Both the position numbers and the translations under genes were made by a program. From an uncultured delta proteobacterium (GTDB lineage: Bacteria; Myxococcota_A; Polyangia; Polyangiales; Houyiibacteriaceae), in the NCBI GenBank assembly GCA_963699755.1, contig CAVOVB010000001.1, positions 448,001-512,000 on the forward strand: DNA of 64,000 nt, in the 5' to 3' direction. The notes beneath the pieces were generated by a model. That model made no database searches and was not told the DNA's origin. It saw only the letters and a program-made list of their open reading frames with translations. This document shows positions 20,496 through 32,463 of the stretch, piece by piece (positions within the stretch are counted from its first letter, which is position 1; each line of letters begins with the position of its first letter).

Positions 20496-22480
20496 GTCGC
20501 GTGCTCCTAGCGCTGCTCGCCTCTTCTTTGCTGCTCGCGGTCGGATGCTCCTGGCTCAACGCGCCCGAGCGAAACCTCACGCCTCCGGACGGCGGCGTCG
20601 ACGGCGGCGGCATCGAGCTCTTTTGTGACGACGAGCTCGACGACGACAACGACATGGCGTTCGACTGCGACGACAGCGACTGCGCACAAGAACCGGCCTG
20701 TTGCGAGCTTCGGCGCACCAGCCTGCGCGATGACTGGACCGGCGCCGACTTGAGCGACGATTGGATTTTCGCACCGAGCGGCGGTGGCCCCTGGGGCCCG
20801 CTTCGACCTTCACTCGAGGGCACGACGTTTGTTGGAGGCTTTCTTCCGGACGACTCCCCGCGCGCGCTCGTGAGCAGAGACTGCGTCTCGCTTGCGCTCG
20901 GCGGTTGGCTGAGCACGACGCTGCGAACGAGCGACGCGACGGGCTGCGGGCCGAGCACCGAATGTGAACGCTACGCCGGCGTGGTGCTCACGGTCGCCGA
21001 TGATTCGGCGTTTGGCGGAAAGCTTCAAGACGAGCTTGCCGTCACGCTTCATGCGGGCGGCCTCGTTGTGGTGACCCAAGCCGATGTCGAAGTGGCGCGC
21101 GCAACGGTGGGCGTCGACCAGAACATCGCCGTCGAAGTCGAGCTCCGACCGAGGCTCGATGACGCGAACCTGCCCATCATGGAAGCCCAGGTGACGGTAG
21201 ACGGAGAGCTGCTGCTCGAGGGGTTCACCGTTACTACGATTGCCGACTTGCTCGCCGAGGGCGACTGCGCCGAAATCCCAGGGCTCCGGGTGGCGGCACA
21301 GGGCCGGGGCGATGGTGTGTACGTCGGTCCTCTCGAGACCGCCAAGCAGGACTGTGCCAATCCGAGCCAGTTCGATGAACAAAGTGCAACCTTGAGCGCG
21401 GCGAACCTCGGACTTAACCCTTCCTGGGTGTCGGCCTACGTGGGTTCGCCGGCGTTGGCCAGCTCACGAAGCTCGATTTCGGACGTCCAGTGGGACTTGA
21501 TGATGGAAGGGAGCAACGACCCGCCCGAGCTCGAGTCGACGACGCACATTGGCTACGCCATCGGCCACGCACGGGTCGCCACCGACGAGGCCGGCGACTG
21601 GCCGCTCGCCGGTTGGACGTCGAGCGATTCACCCAAGGTGGGTGACGACCCGCCGTCTTGTTTGGACGGCACCTGCTCCGACAAGCGAAGCGTTCGCGAG
21701 CCGCATCTTCTCGCTGAGCTCAATGTCGACGGGGAGCTTCGCGACCTGGTCTTGTCTTTTGCGCGCGAGCTGGTGAGCGACCCGAGCGAGCGCGACTTGT
21801 TTGGGATTCAAATCGTGCGCCCGGTCAGCAGCCCGGTCACTCCGCTGGCCCTTCCCGGCACGCCGACGCTTTCGCCCGCCGAGATTCCCGAATGCGTGAG
21901 CTTGCGGGATCCATCGCTAATTCCAGTGGATCCGGAGGCGCAGCAGGGGTACTGGCTGCTGTTCACCTGCGTCGAAGGGCCAGGAGCGGCAAGAGAGATT
22001 CACGCGGTTCGGATTTCGCGCGCACTCGAAGTCGTGCGCGAAGGCGGCGCACCGATGCGGCGACGGGTCCTGGTGGCGGGTGAGCTCGGGCCGTTTGCAG
22101 CAGCCGGGATTCGTTCGCCCGAGCCGCTGATTTCGTTCAAGGGGGACGGCGTCCGCTTGCGCATCTGGTTCTTGGCGCAGAGCACACCTGGCCAATGGGG
22201 GGTGGCGCTTGCCGAGGCCCGAAGCCACGACACCTCAGCGCTCGAGTTCGAGCTCCCGGAGCCCTTGCCCTTCTTGGTGAACCCGATCGTGAGCAGCACG
22301 TCGAGCTTAGTCCTCAGCGGCTGCCTTGGGGAGGATTGCGCCATCACTGGAATCGCCGTGGCGCCCCGTGCGGACGATCCGAGCAGGCTCCGATTCGTGT
22401 TGGCACGGCGCTTGTATCTACCGGGTGGGGGTCGCGCCGACCAATTAATCCCTTTGGAGCAAACTTGGAGCATGCCTTGA
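20492..22480 (+). CDS. Cys-rich lipoprotein with probable lectin-like and beta-propeller domains
   Basis: Lipobox AVGC, CDDELDDDNDMAFDCDDSDC motif, propeller-like REPH/RDPS/RSPE blade starts. Confidence 0.6.
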   Translation: MSRVLLALLASSLLLAVGCSWLNAPERNLTPPDGGVDGGGIELFCDDELDDDNDMAFDCDDSDCAQEPACCELRRTSLRDDWTGADLSDDWIFAPSGGGPWGPLRPSLEGTTFVGGFLPDDSPRALVSRDCVSLALGGWLSTTLRTSDATGCGPSTECERYAGVVLTVADDSAFGGKLQDELAVTLHAGGLVVVTQADVEVARATVGVDQNIAVEVELRPRLDDANLPIMEAQVTVDGELLLEGFTVTTIADLLAEGDCAEIPGLRVAAQGRGDGVYVGPLETAKQDCANPSQFDEQSATLSAANLGLNPSWVSAYVGSPALASSRSSISDVQWDLMMEGSNDPPELESTTHIGYAIGHARVATDEAGDWPLAGWTSSDSPKVGDDPPSCLDGTCSDKRSVREPHLLAELNVDGELRDLVLSFARELVSDPSERDLFGIQIVRPVSSPVTPLALPGTPTLSPAEIPECVSLRDPSLIPVDPEAQQGYWLLFTCVEGPGAAREIHAVRISRALEVVREGGAPMRRRVLVAGELGPFAAAGIRSPEPLISFKGDGVRLRIWFLAQSTPGQWGVALAEARSHDTSALEFELPEPLPFLVNPIVSSTSSLVLSGCLGEDCAITGIAVAPRADDPSRLRFVLARRLYLPGGGRADQLIPLEQTWSMP

Positions 22481-24375
22481 ACCGAAATCGACGAGCCCAG
22501 CGCTTGAATTGGCTGGCCATGATCGCCGTCGTGGCGGCGATGTCGCTCGGTTGCGGCGATGCGAGCAGCGACGGCGCGGCGTCTCTGGACCATGGTCCCA
22601 ACGTTGGAGGCGCAGGCTCGGCGGGCGACTCCGGGCTCGGCGGCCAGGGCGGCGCGCAAGGCGCCAACGCCCCCGATGGCTTCTTCGACAATCCGGTCGA
22701 CCTACTCTTTGCCGATGCGCAGCGGAACCCAGGCGACTTCCTTGGGCCGAGCACCGACGCGACCGAAGGCGCACGAAGCTACAACGAGGCGGCGCTCGCC
22801 TGTTACGCAGCTACCAACGCGTGTGGGGCCGCGGAGTGCGGGGCCTTTGCTTCCTGCTGCGTGAACACCGGCACTTGCTGCATGCCGCTTGTCGAGGAAG
22901 CACCGTTGCCGGCAGCGCTCGACTTCCGAGCGTGCAATGGGCAGGACCTAGTCGACTGCGCGGAAACCAGCCTGGCCAACGCGGTGACTTTTGGCGAGCT
23001 CGAGCCGCTGCTCAACGCGCGAGGCCTGGTGCCGAACGGGACGGCGGAAGCCGAAGGTGGCGTGCTCATCGGCGAGCCGGTGAATCTCGCCTCGCAACGC
23101 GTCGAGCTCGACGTGCAGTTCTCCTTGCCGGTCGGTTGCGGCGGCACCTGCCTCGAGAGCGCCGGCGTGGCGTTCACGGCGACCGAGCCCGGCTCCTTGG
23201 TCGACGCGGAGGTCGGCTTGCTGTTGAGCGGATCCCGAGAGGTCGTGAACGTCATGATTGGCAACGAGGTGGCCGACTCCTTCTTCGCGGCCCCCGGGAG
23301 CACGAAGTGGCGCATGGTCCTGTCGTCGGGCGGCTCGGCGCAGGTGTTCCGCGACGGAGAGCTTCGAGGCCGATACGGGTTTGATGCGGCCGCCCTCAGC
23401 CAGGCGCGACTCGTGGCCTTTGGGCGAAATCTGAGCGAGCCGAGCCAAAGCGCCGCGATTGCTGCGATTCAGGTTCAGCTGGCGCAGTGCGACAACCCGC
23501 GCTCCTGGATGGAGCGGCAGCCGGTTTTCGTTTCCATCGGCGTGAACGACTTCCCTCGGCATGCGTTCGGCTCTGGGCCTTCGGTGTTGGACCTTCAGCA
23601 GAGCAGGCAGGTCGCATACGAGCTCGACGGTGAGATCTACGTCGGCGAACAACGGACGCCTGCCGAGATTTTCGTCGAGGTGCCGGCACCGGCGCTCTCG
23701 CCGACCGAGCCCTACGAGGCGATGGGCCTCGGGGACCCGGAGCTGGTCTTCGATGGGAGCAATGTCTTCCTTTTCTACACGGCGCGCGATGGGAGCGGCG
23801 CGGGAAGCATCGGCGTCGCGGCGTCGGATGAAAGCCTCACGCAGTTCAGCAAAGCCGGCGCGCCAGTCCTGGTTGCCACCGGCGATGTCGTCTCGTACGA
23901 CGCACCGACGGTCGTGTTCCGTGACGGGCTCTGGCTGCTCATCGTTCGGGCAAGCCTTTCGAGTGGCGTGACCGAGCTTCGGGCGTTCTACACGAGCAGC
24001 CTCGAGACGGGCTGGGCGCGCGTGGTCAACGGTGCCCTCGAGCAACTCACTCGCGTGCAGAGCGCCACATCGGCAATCACGGAACCGAGCTTGGTGATTC
24101 ACAACAGCGCCTACCAGCTCTACTACGCGCGCCGCAGCGGCACCCGTTGGTCGGTGGAGCTCCTGGTTTCCGACGAGCTCCTGCTCTGGCGGTCGATGGG
24201 TGACGTGCTCGGCCGGAGCGACCAAGCGTTCGATAGCCTGGGCGCACGGAGCCCGGACGTGATCTCGGGGCCGGACCGAATCGACATCATCTACTCCGGG
24301 CAGGACGGGGTAGCGTTCCAGCTCGGTACGGCCTTTCGGACTGCCCCTTCGGACACGGCACCGAGCGTCTTTTGA
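22477..24375 (+). CDS. Cys-rich lipoprotein with C-terminal glycoside-hydrolase-like beta-propeller
   Basis: Lipobox SLGC; GDPELV..LFYT, DAPTV, EPSLV..YQLYY, SPDV repeats. Confidence 0.65.
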   Translation: MNRNRRAQRLNWLAMIAVVAAMSLGCGDASSDGAASLDHGPNVGGAGSAGDSGLGGQGGAQGANAPDGFFDNPVDLLFADAQRNPGDFLGPSTDATEGARSYNEAALACYAATNACGAAECGAFASCCVNTGTCCMPLVEEAPLPAALDFRACNGQDLVDCAETSLANAVTFGELEPLLNARGLVPNGTAEAEGGVLIGEPVNLASQRVELDVQFSLPVGCGGTCLESAGVAFTATEPGSLVDAEVGLLLSGSREVVNVMIGNEVADSFFAAPGSTKWRMVLSSGGSAQVFRDGELRGRYGFDAAALSQARLVAFGRNLSEPSQSAAIAAIQVQLAQCDNPRSWMERQPVFVSIGVNDFPRHAFGSGPSVLDLQQSRQVAYELDGEIYVGEQRTPAEIFVEVPAPALSPTEPYEAMGLGDPELVFDGSNVFLFYTARDGSGAGSIGVAASDESLTQFSKAGAPVLVATGDVVSYDAPTVVFRDGLWLLIVRASLSSGVTELRAFYTSSLETGWARVVNGALEQLTRVQSATSAITEPSLVIHNSAYQLYYARRSGTRWSVELLVSDELLLWRSMGDVLGRSDQAFDSLGARSPDVISGPDRIDIIYSGQDGVAFQLGTAFRTAPSDTAPSVF

Positions 24376-24406
24376 CAGCGCGGCGCTGGGCGCCGATGGT
24401 GAAGGG

Positions 24407-24859
24407 ATGGCTTCTTTCGAGACGGAGCCCCCCCCGGCGCAACCGAGCGGCAAAGCCCGGCGGCGGAGGAGCATGTTCATCGGGGCGTTTGTCTTGCTGC
24501 AGTTCTTGGTGCCGCTGACCTATCTGGCGCGCGAGGACGCCACCGACGAGCGGTTCACCTGGCGAAGGCTCGGCGAGGTGGTGGCGCCTGCGTGCGAGAC
24601 CCGCGCATCGCTCGAGCGGATGGATGGCGAGCGGGAGGCGATTTCGCTCGAGACGCAAATCCACCGCGACTGGCTCGTGTACATAGCGCAGGGACGGCGG
24701 GCCGTGGTCGAGGCTTTGCTGCAAAAGCAATGCGAGGCGGACGGGGTCTTGTCGGTCGAGCTCGTCAACCGCTGCACCGACGAGCGTGGCGTACGGGCGT
24801 ACACACTTCGCTGCGGCGGCGAGCGGGCCCACGAAACCGTGAGGACGGCAGCGCGATGA
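24407..24859 (+). CDS. Membrane-anchored protein coupled to the HTTM gene
   Basis: TM helix then DERFTWR; ATGA overlap with the next gene. Confidence 0.6.
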   Translation: MASFETEPPPAQPSGKARRRRSMFIGAFVLLQFLVPLTYLAREDATDERFTWRRLGEVVAPACETRASLERMDGEREAISLETQIHRDWLVYIAQGRRAVVEALLQKQCEADGVLSVELVNRCTDERGVRAYTLRCGGERAHETVRTAAR

Positions 24860-25989
24860 AACCGCTCGAACGGTACTGGTTTGGAGAGGTGGCGCTCGCG
24901 CGGCCATACTTGCTGCTCCGCTTCGTGCTCGTGCTCCTCGCCTTCGACACCTGGCTCAACATGATGCCGCGGGGAGCACGCTACGGGGTCGGCGCGTTCA
25001 ACGTGGCGCACTTCCCCTGGTTCGATGGCTTTGTCCCGAGCTCAGGCTTCTATCTCGGTGTCCTGGCGTTCACCGGGGTGCTCGCGCTGAGCCAAGCGCT
25101 TTACCGACCCCACCGGATCGCGATCGCGCTCATCGCCGTCGGCTACACCCTCGGCTGGTCGTGCAGTCTTCTCGACTCGGTCCCCTATCACTACCTCCTT
25201 TCGCTCTATCTGCTTTGCTTCGTGTTCTTTCCAATGCTGAGCGCGCGCGCGGCTTTTTCTCGGTCCGACCGGGCGCCGCGGGGGAGCGTTGCGGCCTACG
25301 TCCTGTTCTGCGTCACCACGGCCATCGTCTATTTCTACGTCGCGGCCTGGGCTGCGGCGCGTGGCGAGTCGTACTGGCTGCCCATGGCCTGCTGCGTCGG
25401 ATACCTGATGGTGAGCATGCAAGACCGCGTCGAGCTTCCCGCCGTCCGGATGCTTACGCCGATGCTGGTGGCCGCGCCGCTGTTCTTTCACTTGTCAACA
25501 CCAGAGCCCAGATGGCTCCCGCTGTACATGACCGGCATCGCGCTCCTCATGTTTTCGCCGGTGCAATGGGTTCACGCCTTCGGCCGCGCCCTCACCCAGC
25601 CGGCGCGCGGCCTCATCGATGAACGCGAGCCAGACCAAGGCGGCCTCGACGAGCGCGCCTCGCAGGTCTTCTACCTCTCCTTGTTCGGATTGGTCTTCGC
25701 CCCGATGCTGAGTACGTTCGTAGACCTGCCGGGTGTGAAAACCGGCTGCAGCTTGACCGCCATCGCCATGCTCGTCGTGATGGGGCGGCAGCTCTACTTC
25801 ACGCCGCGCTGGCGTCCGCTCTGGCGCGTAGCCAGCCTTTTCGCCGGTTGCCTTGCGCTCTTGGTCACCATGAGCGCCAGCAATGCCCGTTTCGACTACT
25901 ACCGTGAAGGCGCGCTCGACGCGGACCGGCGTGGGGACCAAGACGCTGCGACGGTGTTCCGCGAGAAGGCCGAGCGTTACGCCCCATAG
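24856..25989 (+). CDS. HTTM-domain (vitamin K-dependent carboxylase-like) multi-TM protein, divergent
   Basis: YWFG..ALAR, FNVAHF, YHYLLSL, IVYFY pattern. Confidence 0.6.
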   Translation: MKPLERYWFGEVALARPYLLLRFVLVLLAFDTWLNMMPRGARYGVGAFNVAHFPWFDGFVPSSGFYLGVLAFTGVLALSQALYRPHRIAIALIAVGYTLGWSCSLLDSVPYHYLLSLYLLCFVFFPMLSARAAFSRSDRAPRGSVAAYVLFCVTTAIVYFYVAAWAAARGESYWLPMACCVGYLMVSMQDRVELPAVRMLTPMLVAAPLFFHLSTPEPRWLPLYMTGIALLMFSPVQWVHAFGRALTQPARGLIDEREPDQGGLDERASQVFYLSLFGLVFAPMLSTFVDLPGVKTGCSLTAIAMLVVMGRQLYFTPRWRPLWRVASLFAGCLALLVTMSASNARFDYYREGALDADRRGDQDAATVFREKAERYAP

Positions 25990-26055
25990 GTCGGTTCCCG
26001 GGGGTTCCGCTCAAGAACGCGCCAATCGCGGCGCCGGCTGCTAGTCTGCGCCTGG

Positions 26056-27825
<1,770 letters not shown>

Positions 27826-27831
27826 GCTGCC

Positions 27832-29007
27832 GTGCCCCGTTTCCCGAACATCTCCAAACACGCCCACTCGGTTTCGGCCCGGGTCTACGGCAACCTCGCG
27901 GAGCGTGCGCGCGCGAAGAACGTCGAAGTCTACCCGCTCCACGTCGGGGACACCTACCGCGACCCGGTGCTTGCCGCGCAGGCCGAGCGGCAGTTGAGCC
28001 GGGAGCACCCGGGCCTCCATCAGTACGCGGCGGTACATGGCGAGCCGAGCGCCATCGAAGCCTTCATCGATTACGTTCAGGACCGGCACGGGGAAAGGCT
28101 CGACGGGGAGCTGGTGCAAGTGATGTCGGGCGCGACGGCGGGCCTGAGCATCGTGTGTCAGGTCTTGCTCGAGCCGGGCGACGAGGTCTTGCTTCCCTCC
28201 CCGTTTTGGCCGCTCAGCCGAGGCATCATCGCGACCAAGGGGGCGGTCCCCGTGCAAGTTCCCTTCTATACAAGGCTCGACGAGCCCGACTTCGACCCCG
28301 AGGCAGCGCTCGAACGCGCCGTGACCAAACGCACCGTCGCGCTCTACATCAATACGCCGAACAACCCGAGCGGCCACATCCTGTCCGAGCCAACCGTCGC
28401 GGCGATCCTCCGCGTCGCCAAGCGGCATGACCTCTGGCTCTTCTGCGACGAAGCCTATGAAGAAATCTACTTCGACCGTGAGCCGCCCGAGGCGATCTGG
28501 AAGCGTCGAGAAATCCGCGACCGGGCGATTGCCTTTCACACGCTCTCAAAGACCTATGGCTTTGCGGGCGCACGCATCGGCTTCACGCACGGGCCGGACA
28601 GCGTGATGGGCGCAGTCCGCGGAATGCAAACCTTCCACAGCTATTGTGCGCCCCGTCCCATGCAGCTCGGCGCGGTTGGAGCCCTCCGTCAGGGGACCGC
28701 CTGGGTGGAACAAAGCCGCGTCCTCTACCGTGATGCTGGATATCAAGCGGCCGACGCGCTCGGCGTGTCTCGACCGGAAGGCGGCACGTTCCTGTTCATC
28801 GATGTGACCCCACTTCTAGAACCGGGCGCCGAAGACTCTGGCGCCTTTCTCGAGCGTTGCGCCGATGAGGGCGTGCTGCTGACGCCGGGTCGCTCATGCG
28901 GCGACGACTACGCGCGCTGGGTCCGCCTCTGCTTCACCTCGGTGCCCCCGGCTCGACTCGAGGCTGCCTTGGAGAAACTGGTTCCTTTGTTTCGAACACC
29001 GTCTTAG
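27832..29007 (+). CDS. PLP-dependent aminotransferase class I/II
   Basis: NTPNNPSG, DEAY, SKTYGFAGARIG. Confidence 0.9.
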   Translation: MPRFPNISKHAHSVSARVYGNLAERARAKNVEVYPLHVGDTYRDPVLAAQAERQLSREHPGLHQYAAVHGEPSAIEAFIDYVQDRHGERLDGELVQVMSGATAGLSIVCQVLLEPGDEVLLPSPFWPLSRGIIATKGAVPVQVPFYTRLDEPDFDPEAALERAVTKRTVALYINTPNNPSGHILSEPTVAAILRVAKRHDLWLFCDEAYEEIYFDREPPEAIWKRREIRDRAIAFHTLSKTYGFAGARIGFTHGPDSVMGAVRGMQTFHSYCAPRPMQLGAVGALRQGTAWVEQSRVLYRDAGYQAADALGVSRPEGGTFLFIDVTPLLEPGAEDSGAFLERCADEGVLLTPGRSCGDDYARWVRLCFTSVPPARLEAALEKLVPLFRTPS

Positions 29008-29383
29008 CAAACCAGGCGTCGATGGACACCGAGCCTGGGCCCGTGAAGATGAGGCACGCGTAGACCGCCGCATAGAGCAGTGGAAGCTCTCTCATCGCCC
29101 AGGGGTCTTCGAAGTGCTGCACGAAGGCCGCCACCATCATCGCGATGAAAAGCGACGCGGCAGCGAGGCGGCCGAACAAGCCCAACAGCAGCAGGACCGA
29201 ACAGCCAACCTCCGCAAAGACGATGAGCATCGCGCTCATCTCGGTGCCCACGTTCAGCGGGTCGGGGAAGCTCTGAACGAGCGTATCGTAGTCGAGCGCC
29301 TTCGGGACACCGTGGCTCAGCATCAGCAAGGACACGGAGATTCGAAGCAGAAAGACACCGTTTTCGGCGAGCTTTTGTCGCAT
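28934..29383 (-). CDS. DoxX family protein
   Basis: LLR..., HG..K, FPDP, GPGSVSID. Confidence 0.85.
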   Translation of the reverse strand: MRQKLAENGVFLLRISVSLLMLSHGVPKALDYDTLVQSFPDPLNVGTEMSAMLIVFAEVGCSVLLLLGLFGRLAAASLFIAMMVAAFVQHFEDPWAMRELPLLYAAVYACLIFTGPGSVSIDAWFAKTVFETKEPVSPRQPRVEPGAPR

Positions 29384-29474
29384 GTTGGGGATCATACAGT
29401 GGGGCCGCTCCGCTCGCATGGCGAATCCGGCACTGCCTTGTGAACGTCGCCGCGAACCTCGTTACACTGAGACA

Positions 29475-30644
29475 ATGGGGGTGTGTCCGAGCTGTGTGTC
29501 GATGCCACTCTCGGGTTACGAGGCGAGCCCGGGCCTGGAGGTCGAGCTCTGCGCAGAGTGTCGCGGGCTCTTCTTGGACCGACACGAAATCCGTGAGCTC
29601 GTCGGCCGTGGGTCGCTCGGCCGCGCCACCGAGGTCGTCCCAGTTTCGCTCGACGAGGACGTCGGAATGCAGTGCCCAAAGTGCGTCGACCCGGCGATGC
29701 AACCCCTGAGCATCAAGGGCGCGCCCGAAGCCGTCGCCTGGCAGTGCCGCGCGTGTGGAGGGATGTGGCTCCCGGACGGTGCGTTCTTCGAGCTCGCGCG
29801 CGCGCTTCGAGCTTCGCTGCCGGCAGTCCCACCAATTGTCGCGCCCATGGTAAGCCGCGCGCCCTCGCTCCCGACGGGACCGCGCCTCACACACAGCCGA
29901 AGCGATTTCGACCGAGGGCTCGAGAATCTCTTGGCGGTGCCGGTCGCGCTCCTGCTGAGCTTCTGGATTTGTTCGAGCAACCTTGGGCGCCTTCTCTCGT
30001 TCATGGTGAGCATGCCCTTTCACGAGCTCGGCCACGCCGCCGGCTCATGGCTGAGCAGCCGCATCGCCATCCCGCTTCCGTTCTTCACGTTTTGGTACGA
30101 CGAGCAATCGGTGTTGATGGGCCTGGTCGTTGCAAGCGTGCTCGGCTGGTTCTTGTTCCACACCTACCGCGAGAAGAACCGGTTCATGTTCGGTACCACG
30201 CTGGGAATCACGCTTGCTTGGGCCGTCATCACCTTCCTCGTCTCCCCGCGCACCACCTTGATGTGGCAGATTCTATCTGGCGCGCTGGGCGAGATCGTCT
30301 TGGGCGCGTTCATCCTCATTGCCTTCCACTTCCCAGGGCCCGATCGCCTGCGCTGGGACTTCTGGCGCTGGGTCGCACTCATCCCGGCCGCGCTTTGCTT
30401 CACCCATGCGCTGAGGCTCTGGCGAAGCGCGACCGGCGACACCTCCGAAATTCCCTGGGGCTCGGCCATTGGCAGCGAAAGCGACGGCGACATGAACCGC
30501 CTCGTCCGCCATTTTGGCTGGAACGCGAATGAGCTCGCGGCCTTCTACCTGAACGTCACCTACTTGGGCGTTGCGGTCCTGGTCGCCGCATACGCTTTCG
30601 CTGTGTATCGATTGATTCGCAAAAAACGGGAGCTAGGCGCGTAG
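29475..30644 (+). CDS. Double zinc-ribbon (zf-TFIIB-like) fused to a membrane HExxH (M50-like) peptidase
   Basis: [31 protein letters not shown] near the C-terminus. Confidence 0.7.
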   Translation: MGVCPSCVSMPLSGYEASPGLEVELCAECRGLFLDRHEIRELVGRGSLGRATEVVPVSLDEDVGMQCPKCVDPAMQPLSIKGAPEAVAWQCRACGGMWLPDGAFFELARALRASLPAVPPIVAPMVSRAPSLPTGPRLTHSRSDFDRGLENLLAVPVALLLSFWICSSNLGRLLSFMVSMPFHELGHAAGSWLSSRIAIPLPFFTFWYDEQSVLMGLVVASVLGWFLFHTYREKNRFMFGTTLGITLAWAVITFLVSPRTTLMWQILSGALGEIVLGAFILIAFHFPGPDRLRWDFWRWVALIPAALCFTHALRLWRSATGDTSEIPWGSAIGSESDGDMNRLVRHFGWNANELAAFYLNVTYLGVAVLVAAYAFAVYRLIRKKRELGA

Positions 30645-30986
30645 GCCCCACTTGGCCTTGTTCTCGGCGACCTGCTCGGGTGTGGGTTGGTCGGTGCCCT
30701 CGTTGACCGGAACCTCGAAGTCGTCCTGCGCCTCGACCATCTTGGCGTTGAGCGCAGTATCCTCTTCGAAGATTTCTGGAACCGACGCGTCTTCGTAAAT
30801 CGCTTCCCAAGGGCACTCCGGCTCGCACGCGCCACAGTCGATGCACTCTTCGGGCTGGATGTACAGCTGGTTCGGAAACGCCTCGCGATCGTCACCCTTG
30901 TACTCGTAGATGCACTCGACGGGACAGACATCGACGCAGGATTTGTCGACGCAGTCGCGGCAAAGACGTGTAATGACCCAGGTCAT
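30633..30986 (-). CDS. Ferredoxin, dicluster
   Basis: [22 protein letters not shown]. Confidence 0.95.
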   Translation of the reverse strand: MTWVITRLCRDCVDKSCVDVCPVECIYEYKGDDREAFPNQLYIQPEECIDCGACEPECPWEAIYEDASVPEIFEEDTALNAKMVEAQDDFEVPVNEGTDQPTPEQVAENKAKWGLRA

Positions 30987-31061
30987 CGGACTCCCTTTCC
31001 CAAGAACTGGCTGAACGCTAGCAGGGGCGCCCGGCCGGGTCAAAGATGGCCGGCAGCGCGC

Positions 31062-31577
31062 TCATCGCTTGGTCTTGGAGCTTTTCTTCTTTGGCACAGC
31101 GGCTGTCTTCTTCTTCGGCGCCTCACTCGGGTGGCAGCCGGCGCAACTGAAGTCCGCGACGCCGAGGAGCTTGCCCATGGCAGGCGTGACCACCTCTCGC
31201 ATGAACTTCACCTCCTCGGGGAAGGTCGACAGCATGCCCCGGTGCCCGGGTGTGCCCTCGGGCGGAACGATGTACATCGAGGGCGCGGGCATCTTGAAAT
31301 CGATTTCCCGCATTTCTTCACCATGGCAATCGACACAGTCGAAGTCGCCGAACTCCTCGGGATCGTGCGCTGCGAAAAGCTCCTGCATGATGGGGTTCAC
31401 CTTGCCGATCATGTAGAACTCTTTGTCGGCGACGCTCATCTCTTCCCAGAGCGAGTCGGGGGGGGTGAGGCCCATCGCCTCCATGGCGCTGAGCTTGCCG
31501 GTCGAGCCGGAGCTCGTGGACCTCGAGCCACCGCAGGCCATCGATAGCAACACCAGCGCCAGGCCAACTGTTTTCAT
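31062..31577 (-). CDS. Diheme c-type cytochrome lipoprotein
   Basis: Lipobox SMAC; CVDCH and CAGCH. Confidence 0.8.
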   Translation of the reverse strand: MKTVGLALVLLSMACGGSRSTSSGSTGKLSAMEAMGLTPPDSLWEEMSVADKEFYMIGKVNPIMQELFAAHDPEEFGDFDCVDCHGEEMREIDFKMPAPSMYIVPPEGTPGHRGMLSTFPEEVKFMREVVTPAMGKLLGVADFSCAGCHPSEAPKKKTAAVPKKKSSKTKR

Positions 31578-31607
31578 GCTTCCCGTCATCGCTTCGCATG
31601 GTAATTC

Positions 31608-32390
31608 ATGGGTGGCGTGTTCGCACAGTTTCAACGGAAGATGGTCTTCCCGGGGCCGGATGGGGTGAGCGTCTCGTTGCTGGAGGAGGTGGCCGGCAAG
31701 GTTGGGGCGACGGAGCTGAGCATCCGGACCGAAGACGGCGAAACCCTTTACGGCTGGCACCGGGCCGCGGTCTGGTCTGGGCCGCGGCGCGTGGTGCTGT
31801 ATTTCCACGGCAACGCCTCGTCGCTCCTCGCACAAATCGAGTTGCAGAACCTGCTGCTGAGCGAGGGCTGGGACTTCGTCGGCGTTCACTACCGCGGCTA
31901 CCCGGGAAGCAGCGGTGTCCCGAGCGAGGAGGGCGTACACAAAGATGCAATGGCGGTCTGGCGCTGGGTCACGAGCGAGCTCGGCACCGACCCGAGCCGC
32001 GTTGCGATTCACGGACGGAGCCTGGGCGGTGGCGTGGCCGTGCAGCTCGCTGCGAAGGTGAACCCGGGCGCGCTCGTGATGGAGTCGACCTTCACCTCGC
32101 TTGTCGACCTCGCCAAGGAGCACTATCCTTGGCTTCCAACCCGGAGCCTGCTCCGTCATCGCTTCATGACGCGCGACTTCGCCGGGAAGCTGTCATGTGC
32201 CGTCCTGGTCGCGCATGGCCGCGCGGATTCCACGGTCGATGTGCATCACGGCAAGGAGCTCGCGATGCTTTTTCGAGCGGACGAGTACATCGAAGTCCCT
32301 CGCATGGACCACAACGACGTGCTCTTCGTAGGCACCATTGCGGCACGTTACCTTCAATTCCTCGAAGGCGCGGTGCCCGGCGCTCAGTAG
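31608..32390 (+). CDS. Alpha/beta hydrolase
   Basis: YFHGNA, GRSLGG, HG..D, HND. Confidence 0.9.
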   Translation: MGGVFAQFQRKMVFPGPDGVSVSLLEEVAGKVGATELSIRTEDGETLYGWHRAAVWSGPRRVVLYFHGNASSLLAQIELQNLLLSEGWDFVGVHYRGYPGSSGVPSEEGVHKDAMAVWRWVTSELGTDPSRVAIHGRSLGGGVAVQLAAKVNPGALVMESTFTSLVDLAKEHYPWLPTRSLLRHRFMTRDFAGKLSCAVLVAHGRADSTVDVHHGKELAMLFRADEYIEVPRMDHNDVLFVGTIAARYLQFLEGAVPGAQ

Positions 32391-32463
32391 CAGAGCTGAC
32401 CCAGCGGCCGTATTCGGTGATGGGCACGCGCTCCCGGCCATCATCGGCTATGGTACCACCCAG

